Shown one piece after another: positions 48,009-55,355 of a DNA stretch of 55,355 bases. Positions within the stretch are counted from its first letter, which is position 1. Each line of letters starts with the position of its first letter. The stretch is from Deltaproteobacteria bacterium. Lineage in GTDB: Bacteria; DRYD01. The notes beneath the pieces were generated by a model. The model did no database searches. It had not been told where the DNA came from and saw only the letters and a program-made list of their open reading frames with translations. Made by a program: the position numbers and the translations under genes. The stretch covers positions 1-55,355 of the forward strand of contig JAPYWL010000006.1 in the NCBI GenBank assembly GCA_028276365.1. The letters run 5' to 3'.

Positions 48009-51000
48009 ATGTTTTTTTTATTAAAGAAATATAAAATTCTTATTTTTTTCTTGTTCTTTATTGTGTTTTTAGGGATCTCTAAAAATATGAATATATTAGG
48101 AGAATCTAAAAATATGAATAATTTTGAATATACTTTAAATTACTCTGTTAATATCGATTTGGATAATAATAATTATATCAAAATTAATACTTTTGTTTTA
48201 AAAGATGATAAAGTAAATTCTGTAGATAATGTAGATGTTAAATTTATCTATAACAATAGGGAAATATTTAAAACTAAAACTAATAATGGGTTTGCTTTGT
48301 TTAATTTAAATAAAGAAAATTTAAAATTAAATGAAAAAGAACTAAAAAATAATTACTTAGAATTAATTTGTAAAATAGGAGATAATGAAGAGAAACTAAG
48401 TTTTAATTTGGTAAAAGATTATAAAGTATTAATTATAACGGATAAACCAATTTATCAGCCTGGACAAAAAATATTTATTAAATTAATCGCTTTAAAAAGC
48501 ATCCAAAATAAGTATAAACCTATAAAAGATAATTTTATTTTAGAAATAACTGACCCTAAGGGAAATAAATTAGAATATAAAAGTATTCAAACAGATACTT
48601 ATGGTACTTTCTTTTATGAATACAATTTATCTAATCTTATTAATTTAGGAGTATATAAAATAAAGTTAATAAAAGATGGAAAAGTATTAAATACTATTAA
48701 TTTTGAAGTTCAAAAATATACTTTACCAAAATTTAAGATTGAATTAGAAGATACTCCTAATTATTTAGTAATTAATAAGGAGTATGAATTAAGTTTAGAG
48801 TTATCTTATTTTTTTGGTAAAAAAGTAAATGATGCTAAAGTAGATATTGATGTTTATTCATTTGATGCTGAATTTTATAAAATAAATTCATATTCAGGAA
48901 AAACCGATAAAAACGGCACTTTTAAATTTAAACTTAAATTACCTGATTATTTAACAGGAGTAGATAAAAATAAGGGATTAATTAAGATAACTATAAAGGC
49001 AGAAGATAATGCTAATCAAATTGAAACTAAAGACTTTATATTTAATGTCTATTCAAAGGAAGTATTATCTGATATAGTTCCTGTTAATCCTATCGTTAAA
49101 AATAAAGAAAATAAATTTTTATTAATTTGTTATAAACCAGAAGGTGAAGAATCAAAGGATTCTAATTATAAAATTGTTTTTCATAAACCTTTTAACAAAA
49201 CCTTTATTCTAAATAAAAATACTTTTAAATTTGATTATTTAGTTGTTGATGATTATATTGAATTTAAATATGAGGTAATTGATTTAAATAACAATCTTAA
49301 AGAAAGTTTTTCTTATTCTTTTTATACTAATGAAAATATTAATGATTATATCTTTTTAGATTTAGATAAGGTATTATATAAAGTTGGAGATAAAGTTAAT
49401 TTGGATGTAATAACTAATGATAAAAAACAAGTTTATATAGAAACTTATTTAAAAACTAATAGTGGATTTATTTCATTATCAAGTGATACTATAGAAATTA
49501 ATAAAAAAACTAATTATAGTTTTACTTTAAAGGATAAAGGAAATATAATTATTAGAGCTTATTTTATAGACAATAAGGGGAATATAGTTGATAATATAAA
49601 GTCAATAATAGTTAATGAATCAGATAGTAATTATTTGATATTAACAAACTTTGATAAAGAAATTTATAAACCAAAAGATAAAATGAAATTAAAAATAAAT
49701 ACTGTTTTAAATGGAAAAGAAGAAGATAGTAAAGTTTTAGTGGATATAGTAGATGAAGCTGTTTTATATTTAGCTAATAAAACCCCTGAATTACTTAAAT
49801 TATATTTATCTTTAGTAGATGAGCTATTAACTCCCAAATATGAGGTTCATAATTATAAGGATTTAATTATAAAAAATCAAAATGATATTTTAAATTATGC
49901 ATTACTTAAAGATTATAATAATTTAATTAGCGAAAATTTTGGATCTGAGAATAAAGTAATTAACAGTATTGACATTAAATACGAAAAAACCCTAAAAAAT
50001 GCTCAAATAATTTATCAAAAGGCTTATAATTATTATACCCAATATAAAACTATTCCTAATATATTGGATTTAGATAAAAGTAAAGCTTATGACGGATGGA
50101 ATAGATTATTTAAATTAGTTTTAGAAAATGGGGTTATTAAAGTTATTAGTTCTGGACCTGATGGAAAATTTGATACTAAGGATGATATTGTCTATCCTTA
50201 TTATTATAAACAAAAAGAAAGAATTTTTTTTGATGATGTTAGAAAGTTAACAGGTATTATGTTTGAAAAATCTCTTTCTGAAACTTCTGTTAGTAATTTA
50301 AAACCAGAATTTAAAAAAGATAATTTAGATAGTAATTTTTCTATAAGGGAATATTTCCCTGAAACCTTTTATTCAAATATTATTGATTCTAATAAAGATT
50401 TCGTTTTAACTTTGCCTGATAGTATTACTAATTGGAAAGTTAGTTTATTAGCAGTTAATAAAGAAGGTAATATTGCTAATAAAGTTTTAGATCTTAAAGT
50501 TTTTCAAGAATTCTTTATTGATGTTAATTTACCTTTGTTTTTGACTAAAAATGACGAAGTTTCTATTCCCGTTATTGTTTATAATTATACTAATAAACTA
50601 CTTAAAGTTAATTTAAAAATAAAAAAAGAGGATTGGTTTGAATTATTGGATGATGATCAAAAGAGTATAGAGATAAATAAAAATGAAGTAAAGAAGGTTT
50701 ATTTTAAGATAAAAGTTGTTAAAGTAGGAAAGAATTATATAACTATTTTTGCTTCTTCTGCTAATTTTAAAGATGCTATAAAGAAAGAGTGTAATATAGT
50801 ACCTGAGGGTATATTTACTAAAGATTCAAAGAGTTTTAGTGGTAATAATTCTTTTAGTTTTAGTATAGAAGGAGAGGGTAAGGGTGCTTATGTAGTTGTT
50901 TATCCTGTTTTATTTAGTCAAGTTTTGAGTGGGTTAGATAATTTATTACAGATGCCTTATGGTTGTTTTGAACAAACTAGTTCTGTTAATTATCCTAATG

Positions 51001-52466
51001 TTTTAATTTTAAAATATTTAAATATAAAAAATATAACAAACCCGTCTATAAGAATGAAAGCTAATTATTATATATCAATTGGATATCAGAGGTTATTGAC
51101 TTTTGAGGTAGAAGGTGGTGGGTTTTCTTGGTTTGGGGATAAACCTGCTAATAAGGTTTTAACTGCTTTTGGGCTAAAGGAATTTAAGGATATGAAAGAT
51201 GTTATTTTTGTAGATAAAGATTTAATAGAAAGAACAAAAATGTTTTTATTAAATAATCAATTAGCTGATGGTTCTTGGGATCCTGATAAAAATTACTTAC
51301 ATCAAGAAACCTGGCAAAATATCCAACAATCTAAATTAACTACTACTGCTTATATTCTTGATGCTTTATTAGAAAACGATAAAGATATCATTAATAATAA
51401 AAAAATCAATTTAGCTTTTAATTACCTAATTAAAAATACTCAAAATCTAAAGGATATAGATAGTTATACTTTAAGCTTTATTTTTAGTTCGTTTGTTAAT
51501 TATTTAAGTAATTTAAGTGATTATAGCAAAGTAGAAAATAGTTTTATAGATAACTTTTTAAGGATTAAAAAAGAAATATTAAATAGATTAAAGGGAAACG
51601 ATGATGGATTATATTTAGAGGGTCCTGAAGTTAGTTTATTTTATGGGGATTATAACACTTCTTCTATAGAAACTACTGCTAATGTTTGTATCTCCTTTAC
51701 TAAATTATCTAAAATTAATTTAGCCAAAGTTAGAGATAATAATGAAATGGAGATAGCTTATAAGATGATAAAATATTTGATAAAGAATAAATCAGATAGT
51801 GGTTTATGGTATTCTACTCAACCTACGATTATGTCTTTAAAAGCTATATACTTATTTGATTTATTATCTACTATTTCTAATACTAATAAAAAAGCTACTT
51901 TAGTGATTAATGAAAAAGAAAAAATTAATATAGAATTTTCAAAGGATGACTTAGCTTATAAAATAATTGATATTACTGATTACCTTAAAGATGGGCAAAA
52001 TACTATAAAAGTTAATGGTGATAATTTATTTTATGATTTAGTTTATTATCAATATATTAAAGAACCTGTTTTAGTATATAACAATCAAAAATTATTAGAT
52101 ATAAATGTAAGTTATGACAGAACAAAAGTAAAGGAAAATGATAAAATAAAGGTTAATGTAAAGATAACTAATTTATCTAAGAGGGTATTAGATATGGTAG
52201 TAGTTGATTTAGGGATTCCCCCAGGATTTAGTGTTATTACTGATAACTTAGATAATCTTAAAAAATCTGGTTTTATAAAAAACTATGAATTAACTTATAA
52301 CCAAATTATAGTTTATTTTGATAAAATAGAGAAGGATATAGAATTCAGTTATGAAATAAGAGCTAATTATCCATTAAAAGTAAATACAGGAAACTATAAG
52401 GTTTATGAATACTATAATCCTTCTAATAAAATCCAAAAGCAAGGAAATATTTTAATTGTTAATTGA
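48009..52466 (+). CDS. Alpha-2-macroglobulin family protein with thioester motif
   Basis: TDKPIYQPGQ, YTLPKF, IREYFPET, PDSITNW, MPYGCFEQ (50961-50975), VYEYYNP; N-terminal signal. Confidence 0.95.
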   Translation: MFFLLKKYKILIFFLFFIVFLGISKNMNILGESKNMNNFEYTLNYSVNIDLDNNNYIKINTFVLKDDKVNSVDNVDVKFIYNNREIFKTKTNNGFALFNLNKENLKLNEKELKNNYLELICKIGDNEEKLSFNLVKDYKVLIITDKPIYQPGQKIFIKLIALKSIQNKYKPIKDNFILEITDPKGNKLEYKSIQTDTYGTFFYEYNLSNLINLGVYKIKLIKDGKVLNTINFEVQKYTLPKFKIELEDTPNYLVINKEYELSLELSYFFGKKVNDAKVDIDVYSFDAEFYKINSYSGKTDKNGTFKFKLKLPDYLTGVDKNKGLIKITIKAEDNANQIETKDFIFNVYSKEVLSDIVPVNPIVKNKENKFLLICYKPEGEESKDSNYKIVFHKPFNKTFILNKNTFKFDYLVVDDYIEFKYEVIDLNNNLKESFSYSFYTNENINDYIFLDLDKVLYKVGDKVNLDVITNDKKQVYIETYLKTNSGFISLSSDTIEINKKTNYSFTLKDKGNIIIRAYFIDNKGNIVDNIKSIIVNESDSNYLILTNFDKEIYKPKDKMKLKINTVLNGKEEDSKVLVDIVDEAVLYLANKTPELLKLYLSLVDELLTPKYEVHNYKDLIIKNQNDILNYALLKDYNNLISENFGSENKVINSIDIKYEKTLKNAQIIYQKAYNYYTQYKTIPNILDLDKSKAYDGWNRLFKLVLENGVIKVISSGPDGKFDTKDDIVYPYYYKQKERIFFDDVRKLTGIMFEKSLSETSVSNLKPEFKKDNLDSNFSIREYFPETFYSNIIDSNKDFVLTLPDSITNWKVSLLAVNKEGNIANKVLDLKVFQEFFIDVNLPLFLTKNDEVSIPVIVYNYTNKLLKVNLKIKKEDWFELLDDDQKSIEINKNEVKKVYFKIKVVKVGKNYITIFASSANFKDAIKKECNIVPEGIFTKDSKSFSGNNSFSFSIEGEGKGAYVVVYPVLFSQVLSGLDNLLQMPYGCFEQTSSVNYPNVLILKYLNIKNITNPSIRMKANYYISIGYQRLLTFEVEGGGFSWFGDKPANKVLTAFGLKEFKDMKDVIFVDKDLIERTKMFLLNNQLADGSWDPDKNYLHQETWQNIQQSKLTTTAYILDALLENDKDIINNKKINLAFNYLIKNTQNLKDIDSYTLSFIFSSFVNYLSNLSDYSKVENSFIDNFLRIKKEILNRLKGNDDGLYLEGPEVSLFYGDYNTSSIETTANVCISFTKLSKINLAKVRDNNEMEIAYKMIKYLIKNKSDSGLWYSTQPTIMSLKAIYLFDLLSTISNTNKKATLVINEKEKINIEFSKDDLAYKIIDITDYLKDGQNTIKVNGDNLFYDLVYYQYIKEPVLVYNNQKLLDINVSYDRTKVKENDKIKVNVKITNLSKRVLDMVVVDLGIPPGFSVITDNLDNLKKSGFIKNYELTYNQIIVYFDKIEKDIEFSYEIRANYPLKVNTGNYKVYEYYNPSNKIQKQGNILIVN

Positions 52467-52592
52467 TTTTCATTAAAAATTCTTTAAATTAACAATTAAA
52501 ATATAGGAAAATCATTACAAAAAATTTAATTAAAAAATAGAGAATAGTAGCTTAAAAATATTAAATAATACTTAAAAAAAGGTGATATTAAA

Positions 52593-53510
52593 ATGAAAAT
52601 GGATCAATTAATGGACAAAATATTACAAGGGGTTAGAAATATAATTTTATCTGAAGTTAATACAAAAATAGATCAACTAAATGAAAATTTAACTCAAAAA
52701 ATAGAACAACTAAATATAAATTTAAACCAAAAAATAGATGATGTATATCATAAACTAAATGTGAGGATAGATCAAACAAATCAAAGAATAGATTATCTAC
52801 AAAATGAATTCAATAAATCTATTAATGAAACTCAAAAAGAATTAAAAGCAGATATCCAAAATACTAAAACAGAACTAAAAGGGGATATAGAGAGATTAGA
52901 TAATAAAGTAGAAGAAGTAAGAAAAGAGTTAAAAGGGGATATAGAGAGATTAGACAATAAAGTAGAAGAAGTAAAAAAGGAACTAAAGGGAGATATACAG
53001 AATGTAAGGGTGGAGTTAAAAGGAGATATAGAGAAATTAGATAATAAAGTAGAAGAAGTAAGAAAAGAGTTAAAAAGGGATATAGAGAGATTAGATAATA
53101 AAGTAGAGGAAGCAAGAAAAGAGCTGAAAAACGATATCCAAAAAATAGATATAAAAACCGATTATTGGATACCTAAAATAGAAGAAAGAATGGATAAATT
53201 ATCTTTAAAAGTAGATCAAATGAATAAAAGAGTAGATGACTTGTTTTTTCAATATGAAGATAAAATGAGTAATATTCAAAGAGAATACAAAAATTTTGTA
53301 ATAAAGGATATATTACCTATATTGTATGAAAATATACTATCTATAAATAAAGAACTAAATGAATATGTAAATAATAAATTACTTCAAGAGTTAAATAAGA
53401 TTATGGAAAATGAAGAAAATGAAGAATATAAGAAAAATATTCAATTTCAATTAAAAATAATAGAAATAATAAGGCAAGCTACTAAAGAATATTACCAAAA
53501 AGCTTCTTAA
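52593..53510 (+). CDS. Coiled-coil repeat protein (Bdr/apolipoprotein-like repeats)
   Basis: ELKGDIERLDNKVEEVRK repeats. Confidence 0.85.
   Translation: MKMDQLMDKILQGVRNIILSEVNTKIDQLNENLTQKIEQLNINLNQKIDDVYHKLNVRIDQTNQRIDYLQNEFNKSINETQKELKADIQNTKTELKGDIERLDNKVEEVRKELKGDIERLDNKVEEVKKELKGDIQNVRVELKGDIEKLDNKVEEVRKELKRDIERLDNKVEEARKELKNDIQKIDIKTDYWIPKIEERMDKLSLKVDQMNKRVDDLFFQYEDKMSNIQREYKNFVIKDILPILYENILSINKELNEYVNNKLLQELNKIMENEENEEYKKNIQFQLKIIEIIRQATKEYYQKAS
52839..53150 (+). repeat. 33/54-bp coding repeats forming a duplicated 141-bp unit
   Basis: 11+18+18 aa block twice, plus a partial 11-aa unit. Confidence 0.9.
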
Positions 53511-53553
53511 AACTAAATGATTTTTTTATAATTGCTATCAAAGTAGAGTTTTT

Positions 53554-54628
53554 ATGGATTATAACGAATTAGCTACCTATTATAAGGAATTAAAGGAAAA
53601 AGCTAATAGATATAAAACAATTTTTTATTTAACAATTTTTATTTATATTTTAATTTTTATTTTTTTGAATGAATACTGTGTTTTATTTTGTTTCATTTTT
53701 CCTATACCTTATATATTATTACATGCTACATTACAAAATAATTTTTTAGATGATTTTTTAAATGATTTTATTCCTTATTTAAAAAATGAGGTAGTAAATA
53801 ATACTTTTAAGGAGCTAAAAAAAGAAGGTTATTTAAATAAAATTTTTGAAGATTTTAATATAGATAACCAAGAGTTTAATGTAAAATATTATCCTGACTT
53901 TTCTTCTTATTCTGGTACTTTTAACTTAAATCGTCCTTATACTGATAGAGATTACATAAAAAAGTATTTTGATGAAATTTTTCATGTTATAAATCAGGCT
54001 TATAATGTTATTTTCGAAAAAATTTATTACTATAAAATAAAAGATCAGATAGATAATGGATATGAACTATATAGTATAATAAAAAATACAAGTGATTTTA
54101 TGATTCTGAAATTGAATAAAGAGGTGAAAATCTTAGATATTGAAATTCTTTATATATTATAAAAGTAATTATAGGAAAGGCAGATATTTTAGGATAAAAG
54201 TTTTTAATGGAATAATTTTAGAATTTGACTTAAGTGTTCAAAATAATTTAGATATTTTTGTATTTTATGATAAAAATATAGAAGCTCATAAGGATTTATA
54301 TAAAGACAAGGCTTATCATTTTTATAATGATTTTATATTAATTTATCCTGAAAGCTATAAAAATGACAAAGTAATACAGAATGTGGTAAGTAATTTAATA
54401 AATAGTTATTATGAGCAGAAGAAATTTTTTAATTCATTTTTTATTTTACAAGGTAATAAATTATATAATTTTTTATCCTATTATGACTTAGGTATAAATC
54501 CCAAGGAGTATAATTTTTATGATCTTCCTGATTTTTTGGGAATTAATGAAAAAAAAATAAAAGAATTACATTTAAAATATTTAAAATATAAAGAAAAAAT
54601 TAAAAGAATATTGGATTTATTTAATTAG
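53554..54628 (+). pseudogene. Membrane protein (DUF3137-like), apparently split by a frameshift near 54150
   Basis: The two overlapping ORFs join as ...DIEILY/YYKSNYRKGRYFRIKVFNGIILEFD across a TATATA tract; two N-terminal TM segments. Confidence 0.5.
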
Positions 54629-54633
54629 CTTTA

Positions 54634-55355
54634 TTATTGATCAATTATTTTTCCAATTTCTAACTTATTTAATAAATTATTTTGAGTAATATATTTATTG
54701 AATTTCTCAATGAGATAATTAAAATCATTAATTAAAGGGTGTAAATTAATATTTTGGGTTTTATTTATAATAGCTCCTATAATAGCTTCTAATACATTAG
54801 CTCCAAAAGACCTATTATCTATATATATACTCAAAGTAATTATTTTTTTTACCTTTAATTCTTTGAGTTTTTTTATATCATTTTCAGTTAATGTATTTGT
54901 TATAATAATTTTCTCTTTAACTAAATCCCCTAATTTTTTTATATAATGAAAATCCCCACTTATTATATCTATTTTATCTATATATTTTGAAATTATGTTA
55001 TAAATAGTTTTATCTTTTTCTTCTTCCTGTTTTTTCCCAATTGGATAGAGTAAGTAAAATGGTAAATTAAGGACATCTTGTAATAAGATATTAGCAATAT
55101 TTTTAAGTTCATTTAGATTTTGAATTATTTTATTAATTTTTAAGGCAAAGACTAAATCCCCTATTAAAACTTTAAAGTTATTATCTAAAAAAGTTTTTAC
55201 AGCACTAAATCTATCTAAAGAACTAACCTGTAAAACTATTTGATTATTATTTATTATTTTTTGATCTATTAAATTTTGGATTATTTTTTTTTCAATAATA
55301 TTTTTTATTATACTACCATCAAATATACTTTTTTTAGTTGATAGTTTAGCTAATT
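54634..55355 (-). CDS. C-terminal part of a hypothetical protein with degenerate RNase III-like motifs (runs off window end)
   Basis: The frame of track ORF 54634..54834 stays open to the window end; contains FKVLIGDLVFAL and GANVLEAIIGAII. Confidence 0.6.
   Translation of the reverse strand, partial: LAKLSTKKSIFDGSIIKNIIEKKIIQNLIDQKIINNNQIVLQVSSLDRFSAVKTFLDNNFKVLIGDLVFALKINKIIQNLNELKNIANILLQDVLNLPFYLLYPIGKKQEEEKDKTIYNIISKYIDKIDIISGDFHYIKKLGDLVKEKIIITNTLTENDIKKLKELKVKKIITLSIYIDNRSFGANVLEAIIGAIINKTQNINLHPLINDFNYLIEKFNKYITQNNLLNKLEIGKIIDQ

Noticed and set aside
1-55355. Stop-codon reassignment
   Set aside because: Conserved genes are full length under the standard code; the breaks seen are frameshifts, not in-frame stops

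Overview
Very AT-rich bacterial chromosome segment. It carries scattered housekeeping genes: leuS (partial), nth, pilC, an orphan atpC-like gene with murA and mreB/mbl, groES-groEL, tmRNA, hfq, gcvPA, der, nupC, a thiolase, a sigH-like sigma factor, pnp, rlmB-like, sbcD, pncA and an alpha-2-macroglobulin. I saw no integrase, transposase, CRISPR array, rRNA or standard tRNA. The most unusual content is a dispersed set of orphan, cysteine-free, low-complexity proteins without signal peptides (12313, 18785, 20397, 23529, 46820). They show glycine-zipper, NPM/NPL, helical-hairpin and pentapeptide-repeat features that recall harpins, translocators and filament subunits. These five genes, two signal-peptide-less hydrolases, a secreted (V/T)YV(N/S)(P/R)-repeat protein and sigH all have the same upstream motif, the 11-bp-period direct repeat TGTWAA-N5-TGTWAA, or a variant of it. 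Two of the genes also share a near-identical 39-bp upstream block and similar N-termini. My inference is a co-regulated, possibly exported effector/structural regulon whose export machinery lies outside the window. Also seen: SigH-type promoters, including a back-to-back pair at pilC and atpC-murA-mbl; a homopolymer frameshift in a 5'-nucleotidase; a probable ATT start codon; and a GspG-like insert in the macroglobulin. All product calls come from motif recognition by eye, not database searches.
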